DNA of 64,000 bases, taken from IMG/VR virus record IMGVR_UViG_3300047552_000481, positions 15,081 through 79,080 of that record. One strand, 5' to 3'. Source of the DNA: a virus. The number at the start of each line of letters is the position of its first letter. Position 1 is the stretch's first letter. Below the pieces are notes generated by a model. That model had not been told where the DNA came from. It made no database searches and saw nothing but the letters and a program-made list of their open reading frames with translations. Positions 38,714 through 49,025 of this stretch are shown here, in pieces. Position numbers and translations under genes: made by a program.

Positions 38714-39126
38714 TTACGTTCAAAGATTTATTAGAACAGTTGCAACCACAGCAACAGAACCCTGCCAAAATTAAAGCCGCAGAATTATTTAGTAGAGTTT
38801 ATGCTGCAATTAAAGCTGGGCATACCGCACATCTAATGGCACAAAGTTTTGCTCAACATGACGCATTAAATGATTTTTATACTGGTCTAGCACCAATCTT
38901 AGATAAAGTCATGGAAAATTTCATTGGTCGTATGGGTAGATTAGAATCTGCTCCACCAAATGTAAATGAAAAATCTTTAATGCCAATAGAAATTGTTGGT
39001 AACTTAACAGCTTGGTTAGATAGTAATAGACAATTCCTTGGAGAATTTTCTGAAATTCAAAATTTAATTGATGAAATGTTATCACTTTGTAATTCAACGG
39101 CATATAAGTTACGCGAACTAAACTAA
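38710..39126 (+). CDS. Ferritin/Dps-like four-helix protein (DUF5856-like)
   Basis: H..HL..SFAQHDALNDFY..D...E..G; NLIDEM..TAYKL. Confidence 0.75.
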   Translation: MITFKDLLEQLQPQQQNPAKIKAAELFSRVYAAIKAGHTAHLMAQSFAQHDALNDFYTGLAPILDKVMENFIGRMGRLESAPPNVNEKSLMPIEIVGNLTAWLDSNRQFLGEFSEIQNLIDEMLSLCNSTAYKLRELN

Positions 39127-39794
39127 TGGATTTTCCATTATTTACTGCTAAAATAGAACCAATACAGATGAGTTATAGTTTCAATTTTACATTAGATAAG
39201 TTTAATAAGGTAATAGTTAATAAGAATTCAAAGGAATGGTTTGATATTTTATATAATATTTTACCAAAATTTGAAATAAATACAAAAGAAAGAGTTGCTG
39301 GATTTCTTGCACAAACTAGTCATGAATCATCTGATTATAATACTGTTGTTGAAAATCTAAATTACTCGGCCATGGGATTGATGAAAACGTGGCCTAAAAG
39401 ATTTCCAACACAAAAAATAGCAACACAATATGCAAGAAATCCCACAAAAATTGCAAATAAAGTTTATGCAGATAGGATGGGGAATGGACCAGAATCAACT
39501 GGTGATGGATGGAAATATCGGGGGAGAGGAATAATTCAATGTACTGGAAAATCGAATTATTCTTTAGCATCCAAAGAACTTTATAATGATAACAGATTAA
39601 TTGATAATCCAGATTTAGTTTTAACAGATAAAACTATTTGTATTGAAGTTGCGTGTTGGTTTTGGAAACGAAATAATTTGAATCATATTGCAGATACTAA
39701 AGATATTGTTTTAATGACAAAACGAATTAATGGTGGAACTGTAGGATTACAAGATAGAACAAATAGGTATAATAAAGCATTAAAGGTATTATAA
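39126..39794 (+). CDS. Endolysin, glycoside hydrolase family 19
   Basis: FLAQTSHES, ENLNYS, YRGRGIIQ.TG, TKRINGG..GL.DR. Confidence 0.93.
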   Translation: MDFPLFTAKIEPIQMSYSFNFTLDKFNKVIVNKNSKEWFDILYNILPKFEINTKERVAGFLAQTSHESSDYNTVVENLNYSAMGLMKTWPKRFPTQKIATQYARNPTKIANKVYADRMGNGPESTGDGWKYRGRGIIQCTGKSNYSLASKELYNDNRLIDNPDLVLTDKTICIEVACWFWKRNNLNHIADTKDIVLMTKRINGGTVGLQDRTNRYNKALKVL

Positions 39795-40078
39795 TGCAAG
39801 ACACCAGAAAGGTAGTTCTGCCCAGAAGAATAATAAACGAAAAGATTATTTCGGTTTTTCATCAGTTTGGAAAATTTGTTTTAGTTTCAATTCAAGAATG
39901 TGACGATGCCGGAAATTTCTTAAACATCGCAAAGACAGTTGAAATTTCTGATGATTATTATAAAGAATTGTTGTCTAACTCACCAGAATGGGCCAAGGAT
40001 AAACCAGAAGGAGATTTTAGAACAGAAGACCTTTGGGTTTTAGTCGATAAGATTAGAAATGAATCAGGAGAACGATAA
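39794..40078 (+). CDS. Hypothetical protein
   Basis: Translationally coupled ORF. Confidence 0.6.
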   Translation: MQDTRKVVLPRRIINEKIISVFHQFGKFVLVSIQECDDAGNFLNIAKTVEISDDYYKELLSNSPEWAKDKPEGDFRTEDLWVLVDKIRNESGER

Positions 40079-40335
40079 TGGAAGAACAGTTAGAACCAAA
40101 AAAAGCTCCACGAATACCTAGAATCCACAAGAAAAAGGAAAAAGAACCACATCTAATTCATGAAGCCAAAAAGGTTTTGTGTTCAAAAGTTATATGGGTT
40201 AACTTTCTAGCATTATTAGCATTTGTTCTTCAGAAACATTATGGGTTCGTTATGAATGAAGAATTACAAATGCAAATATTAACCATCATCAATATCATAT
40301 TAAGGTTTTGGACACATAAACCTATCAAATGGTAA
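40078..40335 (+). CDS. Holin-like protein (2 TM)
   Basis: SKVIWVN..hydrophobic..NIILRFWT..PI, near endolysin. Confidence 0.6.
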   Translation: MEEQLEPKKAPRIPRIHKKKEKEPHLIHEAKKVLCSKVIWVNFLALLAFVLQKHYGFVMNEELQMQILTIINIILRFWTHKPIKW

Positions 40336-40748
40336 ACCTTATATTATCTTGGATACCACAGCAGTACATTTACATTGCTGTGGTATTTTTTGTTCTTTTA
40401 TTGATAACAATATTTTATGTGTTGTCCAGATTGATTAGACCATACATTTTATTATGTACATTCATTACTGTTGGAACAATACTCTTTGCCAATTATAAAA
40501 TAACCAAATTGGTTAATGAATGCCAATATAATATAAAAACTGTAACAGAGCAATTACTTCAATTAGAAAATAAATCTACAGAAGTCACAGAAAGAATTGT
40601 TGTAAAGTATAAGGATAGAATCAAATATATACAACAGAAACAAAAGGAAATTAAAGCTGATATTAAACAAAACATAACCGAAAAAGAGGATAATGAGTGC
40701 AAGATTCCAGAGTCGTTTATAGAGTTACATAATAGGGGGGCGAAATGA
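40329..40748 (+). CDS. Inner-membrane spanin (Rz-like)
   Basis: N-terminal TM, coiled coil, V.Y.DR, ECKIPESFIELHN. Confidence 0.75.
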   Translation: MVNLILSWIPQQYIYIAVVFFVLLLITIFYVLSRLIRPYILLCTFITVGTILFANYKITKLVNECQYNIKTVTEQLLQLENKSTEVTERIVVKYKDRIKYIQQKQKEIKADIKQNITEKEDNECKIPESFIELHNRGAK

Positions 40749-41785
40749 AAGTTAAGGTACTATTTATTTTAAAGAAAAGGGTTCCAAATCTGGAAGACCC
40801 AAATGCATGGAATTACATATATTCCAATTGCCAATCAAGTGGGTTATACAATTCGGTTTCATTCATTAAACAAATGTTATTAGATTGTAATATTGATTGT
40901 GAAATGGTAGAAGCCATTGATAATAATGAAATTAATAGATTTGTTACATTATATAAACCTAATCTTGTAGTAATTGAAGCACTTTGGGTAGTTCCTAGTA
41001 AATTTGAAGTTTTAAAGAAATTGCACCCAAATGTAACTTGGATGATTAGATTACATTCTGAAATCCCATTTTTAGCATTAGAAGGTATTGCGTTAGAATG
41101 GTTAAAAGAATACGATAGAAAAGGTGTATTGGTATCTTCTAATAGTGAACGAGTTGTTGAAGCACTCAAAAACGTATTAAATAACCCAGTATTATACGCA
41201 CCAAACTTTTATCATATCAAATCAGTTGATACTGTAAAATTACCACCTATTAAAAAGGAATTAAACGTTTCTTGTTTTGGATCAATTCGACCACTAAAGA
41301 ATCATTTATCACAAGCCATTGCTGCTATCAAAGTTGCTAATTATAATAAACAAAAACTTAATTTTCACATAAATGCAACTAGAAAAGAGCAACAAGGTCA
41401 GAATGTATATAAAAATCTAAAAGCACTATTTACTGATACAAAACATGAGTTAATTGAAGTTGAGTGGTTATGCCACGACCAATTTTTAAATTATATAAAA
41501 GAAAACATTGATATCGGTATGCAAGTTTCATTTACAGAAACATTTTGTATTGTTGCAGCAGATCATATTACTTGTAATGTTCCAATATTAACAAGTCCTG
41601 AAGTTAAATTTGTAACGTCTTTTTATCATGCCGATCCAACTGATATTGATGATATCGCATCAAAACTAAACAGAATCAATTGTTTTAATTTCTTTGGAAA
41701 GATTTTAAATAAAGAAAGGCTGATCATAAATAACAATATGGTAAGAAAGGTCTGGGTAAAATTATTACGAAGCCTAGATGTATAA
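40745..41785 (+). CDS. GT-B glycosyltransferase
   Basis: SSGL.NS, IEALWV, RLHSE, FGSIRPLKN, SFTETF.IVAAD. Confidence 0.8.
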   Translation: MKVKVLFILKKRVPNLEDPNAWNYIYSNCQSSGLYNSVSFIKQMLLDCNIDCEMVEAIDNNEINRFVTLYKPNLVVIEALWVVPSKFEVLKKLHPNVTWMIRLHSEIPFLALEGIALEWLKEYDRKGVLVSSNSERVVEALKNVLNNPVLYAPNFYHIKSVDTVKLPPIKKELNVSCFGSIRPLKNHLSQAIAAIKVANYNKQKLNFHINATRKEQQGQNVYKNLKALFTDTKHELIEVEWLCHDQFLNYIKENIDIGMQVSFTETFCIVAADHITCNVPILTSPEVKFVTSFYHADPTDIDDIASKLNRINCFNFFGKILNKERLIINNNMVRKVWVKLLRSLDV

Positions 41786-42023
41786 ATTTTTAATTCTGTT
41801 ATTGTTAACGGCTTGTACAAATACTAAAGTTGTTAATATCATTCCAGAACCACCTAAAGAATTGATGGTTCCACCAGAATCATTGCAGTTAATTGGTAAT
41901 GAGAGGAAGTTGTCTGAAATCACATATGTAATTATAAATAACTATATGACTTATCATAAAGAGTCAGAAAAATTACAAAAACTACAAGAATGGATTAAAG
42001 AACAGAAAAATGTTAAGTTTTAG
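41778..42023 (+). CDS. Outer-membrane spanin lipoprotein (Rz1-like)
   Basis: Lipobox LLTAC, Pro-rich PEPPKELMVPP, NY..Y..WI.EQK. Confidence 0.8.
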   Translation: MYKFLILLLLTACTNTKVVNIIPEPPKELMVPPESLQLIGNERKLSEITYVIINNYMTYHKESEKLQKLQEWIKEQKNVKF

Positions 42024-44121
42024 AGATTACCTTTTACTACTAGAAGATAGGATTGATTTCTTAAAGAATCAATATAAGGATAGGTTAAATACCAATCATG
42101 ATGCATTGGCGCAACATCATGATTCTGATGCAGTAATTGATCATTTTAGTCAACATGCCGATCCATCTGGTACAAAACAACATACTGATTGGATATTAAA
42201 ACAATATCAAAAGGGAAAGATTCGACAGGAAGATCATCCTAGAATTCATACAGCATTATCTAATTTTGAAAAATATAAACCAAGATTACTTAGAAAAGAT
42301 ATCAATCAATACCGGTCATTAAATGATTTAGAAGATTCTGTTCAACCACATTTGGGGAAAGCAAGTTCTGGTAAAGATCAAAAAGCATTAGATAAATCGG
42401 ATGCTGAAAAATTACATGATGAAAATGGATTTAAGGTTTACCATTTAAAATCTAGAAATGCAGCTTGTCATTATGGAAAAGGAACAAAATGGTGTACTGC
42501 TGCCGAAAACAATAATATGTTCGATCATTATAATTCTGATGGTCCAGTATATTATATTGAAGGTAAAGATAATAATGGTGAAAAAAAGAAATTTCAGTTT
42601 CATTTTGAATCAAATCAATTTATGAATGATAAAGATGAAGAAATTAATCTTGGAGAATTTATTAGGAACAACCCCGAAGTTAGAAATGTAAAAGAATTTA
42701 AAGATAAACATTTTGCATTAAAGGATATATCTAAATCTGAATTACACCATATGATTGCTACTATGCCTAGTATTGGTGATGATTTTCTTAAACATCCAAA
42801 TATTGATTCTAGACATCTTCAAAATATTATAAAACGTGGTCATCCTCCATGGTCAATATTTAATCATCCTCAGTTAACTAAAGACCAATTAATGGGATTA
42901 TATCATTCTGATCCAGAACAACATAATCACACATTAAGTCACAAATTATTTGATACCGATGTGTTGCAGAATGTGTATAATAAAGATCCTAGTAATTATT
43001 ATAATATATCTGGTATATCTATGAATCCAAATATTCCAGAAGATATAAAACGCGGTATTATGAAATCTCATCCAAATGTTATAGCGGGAGCAAATAACCC
43101 AACATTAAATTCTGATGATATTCATGATTTGTTAAATGACTCAAATACATCAATTGAAAGTATTGTTAACCTATCATACCATCCAAATTTTAATCATTCG
43201 CATGTTCAAAGATTTATAGATGGTAAACACGATCCTAATGATTTTTATCCTGATGATTATGCTACAATACTTAAAAAAGCTTCCAAAGAACAGGTTGATG
43301 ATATAATTGATAATAAGCCGCATTTAATTAATTATTTGTCTGACAAGAAATTATCAAAAGATCAATATCATAAAATAATTGATAAGTATCATAATAAGCA
43401 TTCTATTATAGAAGCTCTATTATTTTCTCCGCATTTGGATGGGACACATTTAGATAAGATAATAGATCATGGGGAATTAATACGTCCTGTATTACAACAT
43501 AACAATATAACTCCACAACATGTTATGAAAATAATTGATAATACTCCAAAATCAACGAATGACGATGTACCTTGGCATTATGATATGCCAACTCATACTA
43601 AATTACCAGAAGTTTTTGATAAATTAATTAAAAATGAAAACATAAATCCAAATGTTAAAAGACAAATAATTAAAAGAGAACCAAATGTTTCGAGAGATAC
43701 GTTATTAGATGTAATTTCTGATCCTGAATTGGCAGGTGAAGTTATGAATAAGACCGATAAACTGGAAAAAGAACATTATAGGAAATATTTTGATTTGCAC
43801 CACAAAAAGATTGGATATAATGGATTAAATATTGTTGCCGATTATGTTCATAAACACCCAGAAACAGCCAAAGAACAATTACATTTAAATCCTCATCTTG
43901 ATACAGAACTTATAGCAAAAGGACATTTATCTAATGATGAATTATACAACTATATTAATTCGGAACATAAACTCGATGATGATGGTCCAGATCCAAAAAT
44001 TCATGCTGTTCACGCATTACATGATCCAGAAAAATTAAAAGCCTTGTCAAATAATCATCCAGACGAAAAAATTAGAGCAGTAGCAAATCATTTTTCAAAA
44101 TTTTATGAAGAAAATAATTAG
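42010..44121 (+). CDS. Large His-rich probable internal head protein with helical repeats
   Basis: MLSFRDYLLLLE leader; YGKGTKWCTAA domain; many HP/NP repeats. Confidence 0.65.
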   Translation: MLSFRDYLLLLEDRIDFLKNQYKDRLNTNHDALAQHHDSDAVIDHFSQHADPSGTKQHTDWILKQYQKGKIRQEDHPRIHTALSNFEKYKPRLLRKDINQYRSLNDLEDSVQPHLGKASSGKDQKALDKSDAEKLHDENGFKVYHLKSRNAACHYGKGTKWCTAAENNNMFDHYNSDGPVYYIEGKDNNGEKKKFQFHFESNQFMNDKDEEINLGEFIRNNPEVRNVKEFKDKHFALKDISKSELHHMIATMPSIGDDFLKHPNIDSRHLQNIIKRGHPPWSIFNHPQLTKDQLMGLYHSDPEQHNHTLSHKLFDTDVLQNVYNKDPSNYYNISGISMNPNIPEDIKRGIMKSHPNVIAGANNPTLNSDDIHDLLNDSNTSIESIVNLSYHPNFNHSHVQRFIDGKHDPNDFYPDDYATILKKASKEQVDDIIDNKPHLINYLSDKKLSKDQYHKIIDKYHNKHSIIEALLFSPHLDGTHLDKIIDHGELIRPVLQHNNITPQHVMKIIDNTPKSTNDDVPWHYDMPTHTKLPEVFDKLIKNENINPNVKRQIIKREPNVSRDTLLDVISDPELAGEVMNKTDKLEKEHYRKYFDLHHKKIGYNGLNIVADYVHKHPETAKEQLHLNPHLDTELIAKGHLSNDELYNYINSEHKLDDDGPDPKIHAVHALHDPEKLKALSNNHPDEKIRAVANHFSKFYEENN

Positions 44122-44458
44122 TTTACTATTTTTATTAACCTCCTGTTCATTTACCAATGTTCAATATGATAATAATGCTTATGATAAAATCAATCATATT
44201 AGAACAGTTGCCCAATTAGGCACCAATTTCTGTGATAATATTGCACCAATAAAAAATGAATTGTGGAGGGATGTATACGAATTTGATAATTATCAGGAAC
44301 TAAATAATCCAGATTTATATGCAATGTCCAAAAAGCTTTTAATAATGAGTAATGAATTTTACTACTCTAAACCATCCGAGGAATATTGTAAATTAAAATT
44401 AAAGGAAATTGAAGACTCCGCATATATCATTCAGACAACTATTGGTATGATGAAATGA
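44105..44458 (+). CDS. Lipoprotein
   Basis: MKK-hydrophobic-LTSC lipobox. Confidence 0.75.
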   Translation: MKKIISLLFLLTSCSFTNVQYDNNAYDKINHIRTVAQLGTNFCDNIAPIKNELWRDVYEFDNYQELNNPDLYAMSKKLLIMSNEFYYSKPSEEYCKLKLKEIEDSAYIIQTTIGMMK

Positions 44459-44715
44459 ATATATTTGAAATGGTAAATAATGTACCAGAGTTTAAAGATA
44501 AATCTCTAAATAACATAAAGCATAAATATTTAGACATCGTAATAAAATATAAAGCGAATAAAATATCGAAAGAGGAATTTTTAGAATTACTTAAGAATTT
44601 AAAGTTAGAAATAGAACTGCTTGATATCTCAGCAGAACTACAAAACAAAAAAACTCTTTATGATTTTATAATTACGACAATCACAATACTTAAAACTATT
44701 GCCGTATTAAAATAA
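44455..44715 (+). CDS. Hypothetical protein
   Basis: ATGA-coupled ORF. Confidence 0.6.
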   Translation: MNIFEMVNNVPEFKDKSLNNIKHKYLDIVIKYKANKISKEEFLELLKNLKLEIELLDISAELQNKKTLYDFIITTITILKTIAVLK

Positions 44716-44729
44716 TAAGGAATCTAATA

Positions 44730-45125
44730 GTGGACACTAGTAGAGAACAAGCAGAACTTTTAGCACGAATAATTGTTATAGAAAAGCAATTAACCGAAAA
44801 TGAAAAGATACAAGATAAAGTGAACGATCAATTTTCACATATAGCCAAACAATTGGATGCTATTAAAGATGATATTCGTCATCAAAAAGATATTCCAACA
44901 ATTCAAGTTAAATTGGATAATATCGAACGGGATATGACAGATTTGAAAATTAATATAACAGAAATGGTACCAATTAAAAAAATGTTTTTTGGATTAGTTG
45001 GATTCATTTTATTGGCGTTTTTTACATTGATATGGAATTCGTTGGTTCTAAATAAACCAACAGTTGATATGAATGATATCACAAAAAAAATAATCTCAGA
45101 ATACAACAAAACAGAGAAAAAATAA
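44730..45125 (+). CDS. Coiled-coil membrane protein (holin/XhlA-like)
   Basis: Coiled coil plus a single C-terminal TM. Confidence 0.5.
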   Translation: MDTSREQAELLARIIVIEKQLTENEKIQDKVNDQFSHIAKQLDAIKDDIRHQKDIPTIQVKLDNIERDMTDLKINITEMVPIKKMFFGLVGFILLAFFTLIWNSLVLNKPTVDMNDITKKIISEYNKTEKK

Positions 45126-45598
45126 TGAAAAACAATATGCTATATTTCATATTAGGAATATTGATGGGGTCTATTATAACTTATTTAATATGCACCATAA
45201 AATCAAATTCCCAATTATCTTATAATGCTAATATCGAAACATTACGTAACGATACCAATCAAAGACTAATAGATTATATTGACGGAAGATGGATATCTGC
45301 AATTGGTGATGTTGTAGTTAACATTTCTTTAAATACAGATTTAAAAGATATAACTGTAACATCTTCCAAAATTGAAAAAACATATAAAATAACTAATATT
45401 GAATATGTTGATGGGTTTTTTGGGTATACAAAACTAATAGTATGTGATGTAAAGTGTGATAAAAACAATTCACATACTCTTCAAATTAATAAGATTTTTG
45501 GTGTTGATAATACAATAGTTATTACTTATGATCACCAAATGGCAGATTGTATTGAACCGAAAAACTTTTGTTCTAGAGCATTTAAACTTGTAGATTAA
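45125..45598 (+). CDS. Membrane-anchored periplasmic protein
   Basis: N-terminal TM, paired Cys. Confidence 0.55.
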   Translation: MKNNMLYFILGILMGSIITYLICTIKSNSQLSYNANIETLRNDTNQRLIDYIDGRWISAIGDVVVNISLNTDLKDITVTSSKIEKTYKITNIEYVDGFFGYTKLIVCDVKCDKNNSHTLQINKIFGVDNTIVITYDHQMADCIEPKNFCSRAFKLVD

Positions 45599-45628
45599 TT
45601 CTTTTTATCATCAAAAGCCGACGTACTC

Positions 45629-45657
45629 ATTATACAGCCTAAATTTCTGCTTGTCAA
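45629..45657 (-). promoter_or_regulatory. Perfect sigma70 promoter facing leftward (antisense)
   Basis: Minus strand TTGACA-17-TATAAT. Confidence 0.75.
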
Positions 45658-45660
45658 GTC

Positions 45661-45689
45661 TTGACATCAAAAAAGTTCTGTGATACAAT
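45661..45689 (+). promoter_or_regulatory. Sigma70-type promoter for primase region
   Basis: TTGACA-17-TACAAT, extended -10. Confidence 0.8.
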
Positions 45690-45714
45690 ATTTTCTCTTT
45701 TGTGGAGAACTGAC

Positions 45715-45975
45715 ATGAGCAACAGATTTAAAAAACATAGTGGTGTCTTTAATTGTAGGATTTGTGGTAGATCAACCCGTGATACAAATGGCGAAAATGG
45801 AGATCTACGATTGTGCGAAGATTGTTTTGAAGGTTCAATGTATGAAAATGGATGGGATGATAATGAAGGATACGACGATTTATATTCAGAACAATGTAGA
45901 GTGAAAATGGAAGAATGTTATCAAAATGCCGTTAACAAAGGCGGCAAAATCAAAGGATATACCAAAAACAATTGA
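45715..45975 (+). CDS. Small zinc-finger protein
   Basis: GGAG RBS; CRIC..TR..LCEDC. Confidence 0.7.
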   Translation: MSNRFKKHSGVFNCRICGRSTRDTNGENGDLRLCEDCFEGSMYENGWDDNEGYDDLYSEQCRVKMEECYQNAVNKGGKIKGYTKNN

Positions 45976-45987
45976 TTAGGAATAGTT

Positions 45988-46995
45988 ATGAGTTTACATA
46001 TTGATAAAAAATTCTTATCTCTTGTTGCACCAAAACTACAACAATTCAAACAAAAAAAGTCTGACCTATGGAATTTCCGGTGTCCATATTGTCTAGATTC
46101 ACAGAAAAACAAATTTAAAACAAGAGGTTATGTCTATAGAAAGAATAACGATCTGTTCTTCAAATGTTTTAATTGTGAAGAATCTCATACATTCTATAAC
46201 TTCTTAAATTACCTTGATCCGTTATTGTGCAAGGAATACGCAGTAGAAAGATTTATGAATGGGGATCAAGGAAATCACAATTATCCAAAACCCGTTATAT
46301 CTTCTAAACCAGTCTTTAATACTAAAGAGAAATTAAATTTACCAACAATATTAGAATTGGATGATAATCATTCAACAAAACAATATTGTATAGATAGGAA
46401 ATTTCCGCAAGAGTCATTAAAGGATTTATATTACACTTCTGACTTTGCAAATTTTGTCAAAGAGTATTATCCAGAATATGATAAATACATACCTGAGAAC
46501 GATGAAAGATTAGTCATTCCGTTTAGAAATGATAGAAGTAAAATCTTTTGTGTGCAGGGTCGAACATTACAAAATTCAAACATGCGGTATATTACAATTA
46601 AACCAAATGAAGAAGTTAAATTATTTGGTATGGATCGGCTTAAACCATTTGATACTGTTTATGTTGTTGAAGCACCATTAGATTCATTATTTCTTGATAA
46701 TTGTATTGCAACAGCAGATTCGAATCTGGAAATATCATGTAGACATCTTAAAAGTAAAAACATTATTCTTATTCCAGACCGAGAACCAAGAAATAAATCT
46801 ATTGTAAGAAATATCCAAAAGTGGATAAAAAACAACAGAAAGGTGTGTTTATTGCCAGATAGTTTAGAAGGTAAGGATATTAATGAATTTGTTATTAATG
46901 GGTTGACAAAGGAAGATCTTCAGAGTATAATACTCCAGAACACTTTTGTTGGTATTAGGGCAGAATTAGAATTTTCAAATTGGAAAAAAATATGA
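45988..46995 (+). CDS. 61: DNA primase gp61
   Basis: RCPYCLDS, CFNC, RLVIPF, QGR, VEAPLDS, D.EPRN, KDINE. Confidence 0.96.
   Translation: MSLHIDKKFLSLVAPKLQQFKQKKSDLWNFRCPYCLDSQKNKFKTRGYVYRKNNDLFFKCFNCEESHTFYNFLNYLDPLLCKEYAVERFMNGDQGNHNYPKPVISSKPVFNTKEKLNLPTILELDDNHSTKQYCIDRKFPQESLKDLYYTSDFANFVKEYYPEYDKYIPENDERLVIPFRNDRSKIFCVQGRTLQNSNMRYITIKPNEEVKLFGMDRLKPFDTVYVVEAPLDSLFLDNCIATADSNLEISCRHLKSKNIILIPDREPRNKSIVRNIQKWIKNNRKVCLLPDSLEGKDINEFVINGLTKEDLQSIILQNTFVGIRAELEFSNWKKI
46903..46931 (+). promoter_or_regulatory. Sigma70-type promoter in 3' end of primase
   Basis: TTGACA-17-TATAAT. Confidence 0.75.
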
Positions 46996-47201
46996 AATAC
47001 AAATTTTGGAGAGAAGTTTGGAGGCTTTGTGTCAGAATCAGGAGATATATGAATGGAATCTTAATCTATCTTATTTATACTAAATACAAAGATCAGGATT
47101 GTATTGATAAATGGGATTTTGTCTTGGTAAGACAAATTGTCAATCTGACACGGAAAATTTCAGATTTCGCTGGTCAACATTCAATTAATAGAACTTTGTG
47201 A
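46992..47201 (+). CDS. Hypothetical protein
   Basis: ATGA overlap with primase stop. Confidence 0.5.
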   Translation: MKYKFWREVWRLCVRIRRYMNGILIYLIYTKYKDQDCIDKWDFVLVRQIVNLTRKISDFAGQHSINRTL

Positions 47202-47208
47202 GGTTATT

Positions 47209-47571
47209 ATGGCTAATTTTTCAGAATTAAAAGGCAAAACATTAACTAATATTGAAAAGATAGATAATCAAGAATTAATATTTTATTGTGATGATGGAAC
47301 AAAATATAAAATGGATCATTGGCAAGATTGTTGTGAAAGTGTAACAATTGAAGATATTTGTGGGGATCTAAATGATTTAATTGGTTCAAAAATTTTATTT
47401 GCTGAAGAAAGCAGTTATAACAACACTGAAGCTTATAATGAATATAGTGATGATTACTCATTCACATGGACATTCTATAAATTGGCAACAATAAAGGGAT
47501 GGGTTGATATTAGATGGTATGGGTCATCTAATGGATATTATTCTGAATCAGTTAATTTTGGTATAATGTAA
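47209..47571 (+). CDS. Conserved phage protein
   Basis: [40 protein letters not shown]. Confidence 0.8.
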   Translation: MANFSELKGKTLTNIEKIDNQELIFYCDDGTKYKMDHWQDCCESVTIEDICGDLNDLIGSKILFAEESSYNNTEAYNEYSDDYSFTWTFYKLATIKGWVDIRWYGSSNGYYSESVNFGIM

Positions 47572-47584
47572 AAGGTATAATATA

Positions 47585-48235
47585 ATGAATGTACAATTAG
47601 TAAGTTATACAAAATCAGTCATTGATCCAGAAATGGATTTGTTGGATCAAATTGCATATGTTGCAAGAGTTTCTAATCCATCTAATCAGATGAATACCGA
47701 AACCGCTGAAAAACTAATCAATTATCTATTACTCCACAAACACTGGAGTCCACTAGAAATGGTGGATTGTACAGTAGAAATTGAATGTACAAGAGATATT
47801 GGTAGACAAATACTTAGGCATCGTGCAGTTTTCCAAGAGTGGAGTGGACGATACACTCAAATGAGTTTGGGTCACGAATTTAAAGAAGCCAGACTTCAAG
47901 ATTCTAAAAATCGTCAGAATTCAATTGAAATTGAAGATGAAAAGCTTCAAAATTGGTGGCTAGAGGCTCAATCAGTAAATTTCCAAGAAGCATATGATAT
48001 ATATGAAGAAGCCCTTAAGAAAGGTATTGCAAAAGAAGTTGCTCGTTCAGTTCTTCCAGAAGGAAATATCTTAACTCGGATGTATATGAAAAACAGTATT
48101 AGAAACTGGATTCATTACATTGATGTCAGAACTTCACAAGAAACACAAAAAGAACATAGAGAAGTTGCATTAGCAATCTCCAAGGTTATTGAACCAATTT
48201 TCCCAATGATCAAACAATTTACACATGGTACATGA
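47585..48235 (+). CDS. thyX: Flavin-dependent thymidylate synthase
   Basis: HWSPLE, RQILRHR..QE.S.RY, EVARSVLP, TQKEHR. Confidence 0.95.
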   Translation: MNVQLVSYTKSVIDPEMDLLDQIAYVARVSNPSNQMNTETAEKLINYLLLHKHWSPLEMVDCTVEIECTRDIGRQILRHRAVFQEWSGRYTQMSLGHEFKEARLQDSKNRQNSIEIEDEKLQNWWLEAQSVNFQEAYDIYEEALKKGIAKEVARSVLPEGNILTRMYMKNSIRNWIHYIDVRTSQETQKEHREVALAISKVIEPIFPMIKQFTHGT

Positions 48236-48424
48236 GGAAATTTTAATGAATTTTAATAATAGTCTTCTAGATTTTAATATCATGTTTTTGGCAGTATTAG
48301 GTGGAATAAAATATAGTGGATTGATTGATGTTCCAACAATAAAATTTTGGATACCAACAGTTATCGTATTATCAATTATGGGTGTTGTGGAAATTATAAC
48401 ACATTTACTTGAAAGGAAATAAAA

Positions 48425-48937
48425 ATGAATACAATTGAATTAAAGATTTTAGATAAAGAATTTTACAAAGAATTCTCATTACCAGAATATGCAACTACTG
48501 GTTCAGCCGGATTAGATTTACGTGCAAACCTAAATACTACACCCAAGCCTAGTGTAAATTTTGGTGGATATAATTCATATTTTAACGCAGCAACGAATAA
48601 ATATTACCTGTATCCAAACGAAAATATATTATTCTCAACGGGTATTGCTATAAATATTGGTAATCCTGGTATTGCTGCAATTATAAGCCCAAGATCTGGT
48701 TTAGGTCATAAATATGGAATTAACCTTGGAAATACAATTGGATTGATTGATTCTGATTATCAAGGTGAACTATTTGTCTCATTGGTAAATAGATCAGCCG
48801 AAAATTATGTTATTCAACATGGTGATAAAATTGCTCAAATGTTCTTTGTCCCAATTATACAAGTAGAATTTAATGTTGTTGAAACATTTCATGAATCAGA
48901 AAGAGGCATTGGTGGATTTGGCTCAACGGGGAAATAA
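48425..48937 (+). CDS. dut: dUTPase
   Basis: GSAGLDL, PRSGLG, GLIDSDYQG, RGIGGFGSTG. Confidence 0.96.
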   Translation: MNTIELKILDKEFYKEFSLPEYATTGSAGLDLRANLNTTPKPSVNFGGYNSYFNAATNKYYLYPNENILFSTGIAINIGNPGIAAIISPRSGLGHKYGINLGNTIGLIDSDYQGELFVSLVNRSAENYVIQHGDKIAQMFFVPIIQVEFNVVETFHESERGIGGFGSTGK

Positions 48938-49025
48938 TGTTCAATAAGATTTGTTTATTCTTATTAGTAGTATTGGGATCACTTAACTTAATAATAAATA
49001 TTCTTACTCACCCAGGAATTTTCAA

